Positions 37,289-48,599 of a stretch of 64,000 nt of DNA are shown piece by piece; within the stretch, counting starts at the first letter, position 1, and each line of letters begins with the position of its first letter. The DNA is from Coniocarpon cinnabarinum (taxonomy: Eukaryota): assembly GCA_051942205.1 (NCBI GenBank), contig JAVECO010000052.1:62001-126000 (forward strand). Reading direction: 5' to 3'. The notes below the pieces were generated by a model, which saw only the letters and a program-made list of their open reading frames with translations, searched no databases and was not told the origin of the DNA. A program made the position numbers and the translations under genes.

Positions 37289-38620
37289 ATGGCTGTTCTG
37301 AGACCATCTGGAGTAGCTATTTTGGTGTCTTACATCATTTTAAATTGCTTAGGGTTCATCACAGTCACGTTGAGATTCATTGGTGTTCGGATACGTCGCA
37401 GACCAATCAAGGCCCATGATTATCTATGTGTCGTCGCTGTTGTGTGTGCAGGCCACAGCAAATGACGTCTTAAGCCTTTGTACTCACGATGAATAGTTCG
37501 GCTCGCTCGGGTACTCCATCGCTACATTCATTGGTGAGTTTCCACATGATAAGAGTTGGGCACTTTACTTAGTTCTGCAGGCACCGTGGACGGGGAAATC
37601 GGTGTGCACACTTCAGAGGCGTATCAGCACCCCGATAACTTGGCGTTAACAGAGAAAGTAAGAGCTCGAACGGTCTGCATTTTTGAGAATCTACACGTGA
37701 CTAACATTGCTACCGGCATTTTACATTTCTGACTGGTTCTGGTTGACAGCCGCGTGGGCCTTCAGAACTTCGATTCTTTTGCTTTACAAAGGCATTTTTG
37801 CAACCAAAACATTCCGCAACTGGGCATATGGCTTCATTGCAGTAGTGACGGCATTCTGGTTGGGAAGCATCATCAATGCATTAGTGTCCTGCCGCACGCT
37901 GCTGAAGCAGTGGTACTCGGGTTCTCAAGGCGAATGTCAGAATCTCCAAACAGCTCAGCTGGCTGTGGCAGGGGTCGGAATGGCCCTGGACATTTTGATC
38001 GTCGCACTGCCGCTTCCTATTGTGTGGAGATTGCAAATGCCGAAGCAGAAGAAGGTTGGAGTTTCAGTTACTTTCGCGTTAGGATTGTGGTAAGAATTAC
38101 TCTGCGGGACTATCACTCTGCTTGTCTGACATCATGTACGATCAGTATTGCAGGTATCAACCTGGCGCGCCTTGTCGAACTAGCTGATTGCAGCAGTGAC
38201 GACTTTACATACTGCATTCGCAAGTACTTAGCGCTTTTCTTGGCCGAACCCACGGTGGGAGTCATAGTCGCCAGCATTCCGACGCTGGGCGCACTCCCCA
38301 TTCCCAGATGGTTTCGCCCTCTAATACACCGTTCTCAACCACCCCACCAAAGACTCGATCATGAGAACGAATCTGAAGACCGGCTACACGGTACCCGAGA
38401 TAGCTCTGCCTCGAGAGCTCGAATGAAACAGCTCGATGAGGAAGTAGAGCTGGTCCGCATGCTGCATGGAGACCGTCTGACCCACCATGCATCTGCACAT
38501 GGCAGAAGACCAGATTCCACCGTTGGGCCCAACCGCAATTCGAGCTGGAATGCAGTGCGAGTCACCAAAGACATCGATGTTACTACTGACACTGAACCCG
38601 GGACAAAGTACACTCAATAG
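37289..38620 (+). CDS. Pth11-like (fungal rhodopsin-domain) integral membrane protein; third intron acceptor looks defective
   Basis: Hydrophobic helices with family motifs VTLRF...HDYLCVVA, RTSILLLY..IF, DILIVALPLPIVWRLQMPKQKKVGV..F.LG, EPTVGVIVASIPTL. Introns 37442-37496, 37534-37580, 37658-~37715, 38090-38145. Confidence 0.85.
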
Positions 38621-39028
38621 GAGAGGATGCACAGATAGCTCGGTAATGCTGCATGAGTCCAAGCACGGCCACTGGAAGGGTAGATCAATCAAGACACCCT
38701 GGCCTCCATTATCCCCTTCGCAGCCCATGTTAACAGTCGGCCATCATCGGCATATCATGCGGTGCATTGTTTGAGGAGTCAATTGCATCAGCGAACACTA
38801 CAGAGTCGCAGGCTCGAGGACAAATGAGGAGTGGTCAGCATCATCATTTGACAGTCACATGACAGGTGCTGAGATGGGGGCCACAGCAAAGCTGTGCTAC
38901 GCCGTCCCCATCGCCTCGCACACCTTTCCAAAAAAGGCCCTCACCCTGGCACCCAGCTCCTACATCAACTCGCACTCTCCGCTCCCACCAAACGAGCAAT
39001 CAAAAGCTGACCAAACAAACAAACAAAC

Positions 39029-39448
39029 ATGACCTTCACCATTGTCATTTTCTCCTGGCGCAAACCCAACACCACTCCCAGCGAGTTTAAAACCCATTAC
39101 GAAACGAAACATCTCCCCCTGATAAGATCTCTCACCGGGTCCAAATTCCCCATCTCCCACACGCGCCACTACATCCAGCGCCAATCCCCTGAGGGTACCG
39201 CCGACGACAAAAGCAACGCAAGTCACCCCGCTGTGACATTCATGGGCTCACCTGAGGACTTTGATTATGACGCTTATGCTGAGCTCGTCTTTGAAGACGA
39301 CAAAGCGTTTCAAGAGTTTTTCGCGCTTGTGAGTGAGCCGGGCGCAGCTAAGAGGTTGGAGGACGATGAGAATTGTTTTATAGAGAGGAGCAAGCTGAGG
39401 GTTGGAGTCGTTGATCAGTCGTCAGTTACGACGAGGAGGGACGCGTAG
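39029..39448 (+). CDS. EthD-domain (dimeric alpha/beta barrel) protein
   Basis: RKPNTTPSEFKTHYETKHLPL...DYDAYAELVFED...DDENCFIER pattern of fungal EthD proteins. Confidence 0.88.
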   Translation: MTFTIVIFSWRKPNTTPSEFKTHYETKHLPLIRSLTGSKFPISHTRHYIQRQSPEGTADDKSNASHPAVTFMGSPEDFDYDAYAELVFEDDKAFQEFFALVSEPGAAKRLEDDENCFIERSKLRVGVVDQSSVTTRRDA

Positions 39449-41301
39449 CAATAGGACAGTTGAGGGCCTTGTGGTTGGGAAATTGTCCAGCTGTGAGCTT
39501 GTCACGGCTGTGCCTAGTTACTGAAGATGCCGAATGAATAGAGTCTTATAACGACCAGGGCCCACACACGTGAGAGATCGCATCCCTGACGACGTGCAAT
39601 TGTCGAGATATCCGATTTCAATATTTCCACTTTAGTATTGCTTAGACCATAGCTTCTTATGGTAGCCATGAATTATACTTATTAAACGCTACTATAGAGT
39701 AGTCTAAGCTACTAACACAGAGAAGATACCTCTTCGGAAATATTTCGGAGAAAGCCTCTCTACACCTTCGAAGCACTCTCCACTCTCTTAAGATCTCGAA
39801 CGGGACCGATTATCTTTGACTGGCATCATCATGACCTAGATCCATCTATAGAGGGTAAAGACAGGTCCTGATAGTGAGCGCGCCAATTTTGCGACACTCT
39901 CCTTGCAGCTTAAAGACTGGCTCCTTCGTTTCGTCAGAGCATACATTATGTCGCTGAGAGGTTCTAACACGCGCTACTACTCGCTTTTCTGATTTGGTAT
40001 CACATGAGGTATGCATCAAGATTTGACAGGGACGCTCACCGTGCGGTGAGAAGCTGGGCGAATACTATGATCTTGCTAACTACTAGGTCTTCGAGCCATA
40101 CCTCTGTGTGCTATACTAATAACGCGTCTTTTAAGACTGATAGCATTATGAGCCTCATCGTCCGTAACTGGATGTTATGTTGCGCTTCCCTAGCGTCCGT
40201 CTTGCGGCATTTGTACGTCGGATATCTGTCCCCCTTGATCCATAACTCATTGCCGGCTGCGAAATATTTGAAGCAATCAGGTGAGCGTAAGCAGCCCATC
40301 CACCAAAGCGACAGGATTAGTGCTAAGCACAATATCTACATTATTAGCCTTGCTACTAAGGTTCAAGCACCAACATTAACATATCTACGTATTAACGCAG
40401 ATAACGCGGTAGAAAATACTATGAGGCAATATACTTCAGAGCTACTAGATCTACAAGAGTACCTTCTTCTACTTAGTGAACTTGCAGATCAGCATATTTC
40501 GTAAAGTACATAACAAGAAGAAGGGTGCAGTCTGCAAGCTATGGATACGGGTCTTATCCTCATATAGCGCTCCTCCGGATACCTCGGTCTTGTTTACTAT
40601 TACGGCCTCCTTTTACGACTACTTCCACTTCCGACACCTATGAGCTCGTGAACTGAGTACCCCAAGGGAGCATTAAGTTCAGTCGTCGTTCTTAAACTTT
40701 TCCGGATAGTAACTCCAATAATAGTACGTAAGTCTAATGCCTGATGTTTCGTCTAGTTCCTCGGGGGTTAGCCTGACTTGCAGCGCTCTGGTATACTGCA
40801 TCGGACGCTCTCCCTTGCAAGTCATTGTGGCAAGAAATAAATGTGTTACAAATGTCAGCTTAGACTTAGAATTATAGGGCTAACATAGATCTTATAGATA
40901 AGCCATACGCACTATTAGCTATTCGAGGGGCCCTCTCTTATAGTGAGCTCGAAGAGTGAGAACCTTCAAAGATTAGATTTGAATGTTCTGACCTTGTGCT
41001 CATAGCATTTAATCGTACGCTCATTAGAGAGAGAGATAATACTCTAGCAGGTCAATTACGGGTACGTCTTCTGCGCTTTCGAATGTTGCTTATAGATCTT
41101 GTTGGAGATAGTTGTTGACACCGATAGATGTGACCTTACTAGTTATTTTGACAGCTTCCATGGTCTTCCGAGCTGTTCGCAAGTCTTTCTTAGACTTTGC
41201 GAACAATGATTTATGGATGAGGCATCTATGACGGATGTTTGTGAATGTAGATGGCTCGCAGATTCAGAAGCTCCCTAACATTGGAGGTGACATGGCCTTA
41301 A

Positions 41302-41430
41302 AGGTGAAGTGGCATAGTAGGTGAAGTGGCGTAGTGGGTAAAGTGGCCTAGTAGGTAAAGTGGCCTAGTAGGTGAAGTAGCCTAGTAGGTAAAGTAGCCT
41401 AGTAGGTGAGGTGGCCTAGTAGGTAAAGTA
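41302..41430. repeat. 17-bp tandem array (consensus AGGTGAAGTGGCCTAGT), about 7.5 copies
   Basis: Units counted directly. Most differences between copies are G/A transitions, many of them TG to TA. Confidence 0.95.
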
Positions 41431-41465
41431 TTGTAAAGAAGAGCGATAATCTTCTAAGTACTTCT

Positions 41466-41835
41466 AGGTCCACGCCAACCGAGCTACAGCTTCTATACGC
41501 CGCGGTCGAGAACAGCTAGGATATCGCTAATGCTATCTGCAACTTTGGTAGTTACGAAGAGTTTATCTCTAGGTATACCGTCGTTATTATACATTCCTAC
41601 ACAGTCTAGATGCCAAAAGCCCAAGTCGATGGCAGTCATCTTGATTTCAACAAGAGCCGGATCCCGTGAATCCTGAACTATTTTCCTTGAACTATGCCGT
41701 ACCAGTGCCAAAAGCAAGTTTCGCAATGGTAAGTCAGATTTTGGTAAATAACTTTACATAGACGGAGAATGATCTACGATGGGAATCGAGTATCTGTATT
41801 TGAGGGGCAATGACGGCAAAGATGGCGCCGTTGTC
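41466..41835 (-). pseudogene. 5' fragment of an aldo-keto reductase gene
   Basis: Minus strand reads LPSLPLKYRYSIPI, then after an intron remnant LAFGTGTA*FK, then after a frameshift AIDLGFWHLDCVGMYNN/DGIPRDKLFVTTKVADSISDI...LDRGV*KL*L. These are AKR motifs with stops, an internal deletion and 3' truncation. Confidence 0.8.
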
Positions 41836-42600
41836 GCTGCCGCAATGTAGTGACTATAAGTTGTATAGAAATATCCGAAGTAGCGGCGCACATGGATTAG
41901 CGAGCAATCGGAATATCTGATTTTTGCAATTTGTGAAATTGGCGTCAGAGTATGAGGGATCGTTGCAAAAGGCTTTCCGCTCTTAGCCGTCGCAGGGCGT
42001 GGGCATTAGGCTTCCAGTGTTGCCTTGACGCTGCTGTTGCTGCTGCAGGTCATGTGTATAGAATGTATACGCGCAATTTAGCATGTATAGGTTCGCATCG
42101 CCCTTCCAAGCTCAATAGTCTACTCTCCGTCTGCGTACAGGTTATGCTAGATTGATTTAGTCTTCATATGCGCACAGATACGCGCTGCGTGTGTTCGCAA
42201 CCTACCGGGTGTGTGCACTCACAAGCGAACCGTCGTCTTATCTGATTAATGACTGACGGCTGTTGCTTTCCTGGAGCGGGCCTTTACCAAATAAGTCTTA
42301 GGAGGGCCTTGCTACAGTCCTTGCTGCTGCATATCTCTATGTAGATGCGGCAGTATTACCGAGCTTGTTTCACACTGAGATCTGGTGCTTCCAATTTATT
42401 ATTGACGCTCACAAATACTTTAAACAGTTCCCTTTCGCATGATCCCCGCGTATTAGAACATTCAACTAATATTTAAGTCTCGAATCCTAATCCTTTAGCT
42501 ATAAAGTGTCTTGCACATATTATGTAGGTAGTTAGGGTAACCTTAAGTAGAGCTTTTAAGTTACTAAAGCCTACTAATTAGGTGATCCTATCTTTTCTGC

Positions 42601-42760
42601 TACCTCACCTACACAACCTTACCTACGCTACCTTACCTACGCTACCTTACTTACGCTAACTTACTTACGCTACCTTACCCACGCCACCTTACCTACACCA
42701 CCTCACCTACGCCACCTCACCTACGCCACCTCACCTACACTATTCAACATACGCCACACT
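42601..42760. repeat. 14-bp tandem array (consensus CACCTCACCTACGC), 10 copies plus a degenerate tail
   Basis: Units counted directly over 42601-42740. Differences are mostly C/T transitions (CA to TA). Confidence 0.95.
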
Positions 42761-43272
42761 AAAAAAAAGGTAATTTACTTTAAGGATTCATTAAAAGAGC
42801 GAGCATAGCAGGGCTGCTTGTCCTTCGAGTCACGGCATCGTGGTCAAAAGTCTGCCTGTTAGATAACTTGTGCGCAAAGACATATACTTCCGTACCCCAC
42901 TTTGGAGACCAGCACGCGACGCCTTGACTTAATTGAACATCTCAACTTTTAAGAGGCAGCCCCATCGGATGTAAGCTTCTGGACGACATCCAATACATTG
43001 TTGCGTAAATAAGAATCGCGCAAGCCCTGCAGCCTAGCGTCGACAGACCTTCGAAATTCCATAAAGACTCCAAAGGTGATATGTGATATCTTTGGCGTAT
43101 TGCTTAGCTTAGACAAGTCAGCAAGACGTGACGTTCTTCAAGTTGAAACACAAGCCGTTGATCACTAATTCCGCAAAAATCTCGAATCATTGCTGTGATT
43201 GTATAGTGGCCTGAAGACCCATATCCCGCCATGAACGAGTCATTTCCTGCTGATGTCGCTTTCCAAATTGCC

Positions 43273-43347
43273 AGCGCTGATCTCGACGCCCTCCAAGCCT
43301 CGTCGAGCGCTAATCTCAAGCGCCCTCCAAGCCTTGTTGGGCGCTAA
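43273..43347. repeat. Imperfect 33-34 bp direct duplication
   Basis: agcgctgatctcgacgccctccaagcctcgtcg followed by agcgctaatctcaagcgccctccaagccttgttg. Confidence 0.75.
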
Positions 43348-43934
43348 ACTAAGCAAATCGGGCATTTTAGGCATGTGTACTGTATGAAATTGTAAGCATG
43401 TATGTTCCATGAGTGAGTTGGTAGACTAGCGATCTACGGTCGCAAAAGCGAGCCAAGCAGTTCTGAAAGCGAATCGTCCAAGGTCGTGAAGCGCCGTGTG
43501 ATCTGCAATCCCAGCGAATGCCTGGAAGACTATGTCTTTGCGCGTGCTTGTGCGCCAATTATGTCATCTTTTATGTATAACTAGTCGCACAGGTACATCA
43601 AATCTGAATGAATCATAATCTACCAGTCTGGCGCAGATCAGATGTCACAGCTGTTCGACTTTCGAACCTCGCTGAGCATAAGCGGAGCTGAGATTGGAGT
43701 ACGTGTCAGGATTTGATGAAGCGGGTAATGCATTCAGATCTCTCCATGACGCGATCAGTCATTGTAAGGACGTAAAGAGTTAGCGAGGATATGCTTTTGT
43801 TTGTGATGCGACAGTGTTCGCTCGGTAAGCGCTCTTAGGTCGCAAATGGCAACACGTACACTGTTTCTGCTCCCTCATCGACAACTTTGCTAATCATGGT
43901 CTGAGCGACATCTCCTGCTTCCACAGAGGCAGGG

Positions 43935-44805
43935 CTATGCGCGTATTATCCTCGGCGATATACAAAGAGCTATCTCAGAGCTGTCCGGGATCAAAGCGTT
44001 TGCCTGCAAAATCTCGTCATCAGCAAGCGCAGTGATATAAGCAACCATGAGATGTCGCGCGAGTGTGGTCCCTTCCGGCGAATCATCCCGCGGAATACGC
44101 ATGAACACCACCCGCCCCTGCTTTGTCGCATGCGGACGCAACTCAGCAAGCGATGAGTACAGGCGGAACTCGCAAAAGTAAAGGCCCGCGTCGCTGGATA
44201 CGCGGATCGGCGCATCCTAACAAATAGCATTAATAAGCAACAAGCAAGCTCATGAATCAAGGAAGCTTACAGGCTATTGATGCTTGGCCCTTCCCCAGGC
44301 AGTGTTGACATCGAAGGCAGTTTCCAGAACTTCATGCACTCCTTGTTCTTTGAGGAGTTGGGAATTGACATAGACCCCATCGTCGCCTGGTTGCTTTTAA
44401 CCATCTTGGCAGGCGCTTTATTCCATACCGAACTGGTCGTCGCGGACTTCCATTCCCAGGTGAAGCACGCATGAAATTTCGACCTCTTCATTTTGTCGGT
44501 CCAAGGGCAAGTCCGATGCACCGAGGAACAACGATCGTTTATGATCGCCACAGGTTTCTGCCGAGACGCGCCGGACATCGTCTCAGGAGTCGCGGGTGAT
44601 TCGTGTGTACTTGAGGATCCCGAAGTCGGGCTGTCCAGGGCACTTGATGACGTTCGGCAGAGCATCTCTGACCCTCTACGAGGTATTGTAGTTGTATTCC
44701 CAAAATGGCTACCGGGCATTGAGGAAATGACGGTAATTCATCACTTTTGTGACAGCATACCGCATTACCAGTGATAGCGACTTTGAGGCTAGTTGCGGGA
44801 GACAT
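43935..44805 (-). pseudogene. Pyroglutamyl peptidase I (peptidase C15) pseudogene; exons 44805-44761, 44708-44271, 44216-43935
   Basis: Spliced reading MSPATSLKVAITGNA|PFWEYNYNTS*RVRDALP...VLHLGM...FGME*SACQDG*...LETAFDV...|DAPIRVSSDAGLYFCEFRLYSSLA...RVVFMRIP. Five in-frame stops lie in exon 2 and both GT-AG introns are intact. Confidence 0.85.
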
Positions 44806-46272
44806 CTCTGCCGAGCTCTGGGTGTTTATACTGCTCGAGTAGTTGCGATGTAATAGACGGTGCTTCTGGAGGGATGGCGCGCAATCTCAAGGCTGGGAGT
44901 AGGAACGTCCGGAGCTCCGCGGTGCACAGAGAGAGAACTTAGCTTCGACGTTACACGGATGGATCATGTGCAGTGCCTCTAGGCCGCGTGCGTTATCGCT
45001 GCAAACGATGATGAGCAGCAGACGAACCTGCGTTGTTTACATCATTGGCCGACAAGTCTTCGTCCTCAGTGATGCAGTTTCATCCATTTCAATCGCAATA
45101 GAAAGTCTCTGCGAAGGTTGCCCTAGTACGATGCCAAAACTCCTGCTTTTCCAAGGACCTGAACATAGTCTGACGAACTGCGTCCAAATCTGTGGAGGCC
45201 TTAGGCTTGTGCATGCCAAGTCTCTTATGCTTCACGGCCCTATACGGTATTCACAAGATGCACGCTAATCCAGAACCGACACGGTCCACATTATAGATAC
45301 TTGGTGGCGATGTAGCCCAGTAAGCGAAGTGGTGCTAGCTGCACGGTAATTATTCTACTCGTGCACTCATTACGGGTCGAGACTCACCTTCTGTATCTCT
45401 CACTCGTCCAAGTCAATGGAGCAGCAGAAATATATGCAATCCATAGCCTAACACAAGAATCCAATGCGGCTATACCCAAGAAGCAGCAGCAAACAGCATT
45501 GAATTTTGCGTATCGTCTTTTGTATTGAGCTTTACCAAATCGCATTCGAGGACAACAAATGTACGAGCGTTGGAATGATTGCAAGAAGTTTATACATCAC
45601 GAGACGTCTTATCGACGAAGTATCAGCGCACAGAGATTCGGCTTCGAACACAACGAAGAAGCTCGATCTGGCAAATCTTTAGTGAAGTGTACTCCTGCTG
45701 TTTGACACGACTTCTTTGCGAGACAATCCTGAAAGTCAGGCGAACGTGAGAAGTCCACGAATAGATCGCTCAATACGTTCCAAGTCAAGGCGTTCTTTGA
45801 GCAAGTTGATGATTGTTGTTGATCAGTCGTCAGTCGCGACACAGACGAAGGCGTAAGACTGGAATGCTGACTACATTTAGCTGTGGCACGCCCAGCTGAG
45901 GGCGTTTACTTGCGAGCTCATCCCCTAGCAAAGGTATCAAAGGAGGGACGAGGTTTCGAACATCACATATTCCAAGGCTGACGCACTTCACTCTTCATAA
46001 AGCTGAATATTGCATACTCGAGGTCTGCCAATTTGCTCTGTTTTGAAAAGCCGCCTCGAATCGTCTTCCTTTGACAGCCTTGTGAATCAATCTGCGAGCT
46101 TTACTCCGTGTGTCGTCTCGTCTCGTCTCGTACGAGATCGACCCTATTCGAATCAAGCAACTCCGCAAACTCCGAATACCATTTCGATCACCGAAAGCCA
46201 ATCGTATAAACAGCAAATAGCCCACCTCATCCCCAGTCTCCGAAGAGTGTGATAATTGCGCAGGTGGACGAA

Positions 46273-47403
46273 ATGGAGGCGCGACCAGCGACTAGGCGCT
46301 TTTACAAGGCGCTGTATAACTGGTCACGACTTGACACCTCTCCATACCACTCCCGTAGGTACATTTCCTCACTTGCTACGACATTGCTAACATTCAGTAT
46401 AGCACGTTATACTCGACATCTTTGCTCACAATCAGCTCAATCAACTCATACGCTTTATTCAGCGAACAAATCAACCCTTCATCCAACATGGCATCGTGCT
46501 CCGCAAACGCGGCGCTACTCATCAGCTCCGCAACCCGCACCCTCGCCTTCATCCACAGCTGCACCAACATCCACATCGACGGAGCAGAGCACTTCTCCAG
46601 CCGAGAAAGCAAACAATCTCTTTGCAGCTAATAACAACACGAATGTGAACCCTGATCTGTCGATGCATATAAGGCTTCTCATGCGTTCGATCCCCCATCC
46701 TGTTGCCGTTATAACGGCGAGCGACTTTTCTTCTTCTTCCTCTTCCAACGACACAACCGCTGACCCATCCAATACGAACTCAAATCCGAGCCCGGAACAA
46801 CGCCTCCGGGGTATGACCATCTCCTCTTTCAACACAGTCACACTAAGTCCCAAACCCTTCGTCTCTTTCAACATTCGGACACCGTCAAGCACCTACGACG
46901 CCCTCATTTCAAACGGAAACAACGGCACGTTCCTTGTGCACTTTCTAGCGTCGACTTCCGCAGGCGCGCGAATAGCCGACGCCTTCGCGCGCGGCGAACG
47001 CGAAGGCGCGGGTGTTTTCGCCAAGTTAGCAACTGGACCTGCTGCGAAGAGTGAAAATTTCAAGATCTTTGTGCCCAAGAGCGGCAACGATCATCCCATC
47101 TTAGCAGGCGACGGAGTTTTAAGAGCGGTGAGATGTCGACTCGTCAAGGAGAAGGCCATACAAGTTGAAGATCATTTTGTGGTAATTGCGGAGGTTGTGG
47201 GTGTGGTGGGACAGCCGGGGAAGCGTGAAGGATTGGGGTTATGTTATGTGGATCGGTCGTATCGGAAGATTGGAGAGGGTATTGAGATCGACGAGATACC
47301 GAAGGTGGGAGGGGAGCGGATTCCTGGACAGAGTAGTGAGCAGGATGTAGAGATGCAGCGGACGATAGGGTTGAATGTGAGGAGGGGCGATGAGGGGAGG
47401 TGA
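46273..47403 (+). CDS. Flavin reductase-like domain protein, probably mitochondrial
   Basis: Motifs RLLMRSIPHPVAVITA, RGMTISSFNTVTLSPKPFVSFNI, VEDHFVVIAEV, LCYVDRSY. Possible in-frame 39-nt intron at 46359-46397. Confidence 0.88.
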   Translation: MEARPATRRFYKALYNWSRLDTSPYHSRRYISSLATTLLTFSIARYTRHLCSQSAQSTHTLYSANKSTLHPTWHRAPQTRRYSSAPQPAPSPSSTAAPTSTSTEQSTSPAEKANNLFAANNNTNVNPDLSMHIRLLMRSIPHPVAVITASDFSSSSSSNDTTADPSNTNSNPSPEQRLRGMTISSFNTVTLSPKPFVSFNIRTPSSTYDALISNGNNGTFLVHFLASTSAGARIADAFARGEREGAGVFAKLATGPAAKSENFKIFVPKSGNDHPILAGDGVLRAVRCRLVKEKAIQVEDHFVVIAEVVGVVGQPGKREGLGLCYVDRSYRKIGEGIEIDEIPKVGGERIPGQSSEQDVEMQRTIGLNVRRGDEGR

Positions 47404-47687
47404 CGTTAGTCTCACCATTCTCTTGTTCTTCTTCGATTGTCTTTCGAGTGCGCTTCTGATGGCTCGTGACCGTCTCAATGCGGCCTACTGTGCCCACATC
47501 ATGAAGTTGTTACCGCAGCTTGCGAGTCGCCGTGATCCCAATCACATCAATGGCCGCCATGGATGTGTACCAATCTGTGTGGTCCCACATGCTTCTCCGC
47601 CCTCACAGTATCATAGCCAGCCGTTACATCCCCTGAATTTTCTTCGATATTGACTTTTCCCATCTTACAATTCCGTGTCGTCGCCCT

Positions 47688-48308
47688 TCAACCCCCAGTC
47701 CCCTCAATCTCCATCCCCTCCTCATCCAACCCCTCCAGCATCTCTTTCGCTTCCCTCCACAACTCCCCCTCCTTCCTCCAACCAACCTCATCCCGTCTCG
47801 AATTCAACCATCCCAAATCAAACCCACCCACGGTACCAATCTGATCCCGTGAAGTCTTGGCCCCCTTCGCAGCCACAATGCCCGCCTCTTCAAGCGCGTA
47901 CGCCTGACGACGCAAGCGAGCTTGAATACCTTGCAGCGTATGCAAATACGTTCGATTATGTTCGGAGAAGGTGGATTGGATCTCGGAACTTGAAAGTGTG
48001 GGGATCAGATCTGGGTTTGGTATATTGCTCGTTTGAGTCCCTGAGACGGTGGTGGGGTCGGTGGCTGTAGAGGGGCCGTTAGTGGTGGTGGGAGCGTTGG
48101 TGGAATCCAGATTTGGAGAGCTGCCCTGTTCGAAATTGGAGTTTGTTGGGTCTTGTGAAGAGGTGGAGGGGGGCCGACCGGTCAACGATTGGACGGCGAG
48201 ACCTGCGTGGTGGGGGAGAGAGGCAATGAGGTTGTCGATGTCGGAGAGGTCAGTGATGCGGTCGGCGTGGGGGATGGGTTCGACATCGTCGTCGGCAGTG
48301 TCAGTCAT
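47688..48308 (-). CDS. MED11: Mediator complex subunit 11
   Basis: ADRITDLSDID..IASL...AGLAVQSLT; TLQGIQARLRRQAYALEEAGI; GGFDLGWLNSR...KEGELW match the fungal Med11 pattern. Confidence 0.8.
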   Translation of the reverse strand: MTDTADDDVEPIPHADRITDLSDIDNLIASLPHHAGLAVQSLTGRPPSTSSQDPTNSNFEQGSSPNLDSTNAPTTTNGPSTATDPTTVSGTQTSNIPNPDLIPTLSSSEIQSTFSEHNRTYLHTLQGIQARLRRQAYALEEAGIVAAKGAKTSRDQIGTVGGFDLGWLNSRRDEVGWRKEGELWREAKEMLEGLDEEGMEIEGTGG

Positions 48309-48599
48309 GTTCAGTTGAGTAGTGTTTGTATTACATGGAGGTTACTGTAGGCCAGCTACGCGAAAGCTATGCGTAAGTCTAGTAGGTAGGTGACTCAGCC
48401 AAATCTGATGTAGCGGATGAGTACCCTGCCGACACTCGCCTCCGTAGACGGCGAAGGTGGCGTGACAGGTCACAACACCATCGAGCTAAAGATCGGCATT
48501 GGCATGAACAGTACTAGAATAAACACAACGTATAGATGAATACCAAAGTCACAGTTTCATTCAGAAAGAATAGAGAGTTATGTAGTTCGCGCTGCATCA

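Noticed and set aside
41302..42760. Repeat arrays as CRISPR or telomeric repeats
   Set aside because: Units are contiguous with no unique spacers, no cas genes are present, the context is eukaryotic and the units are not TTAGGG.
39450..46200. Intact transposon or Starship-type captain gene
   Set aside because: No transposase, reverse transcriptase, integrase or tyrosine recombinase motifs are recognisable in the ORF track or in the frames I read by hand.
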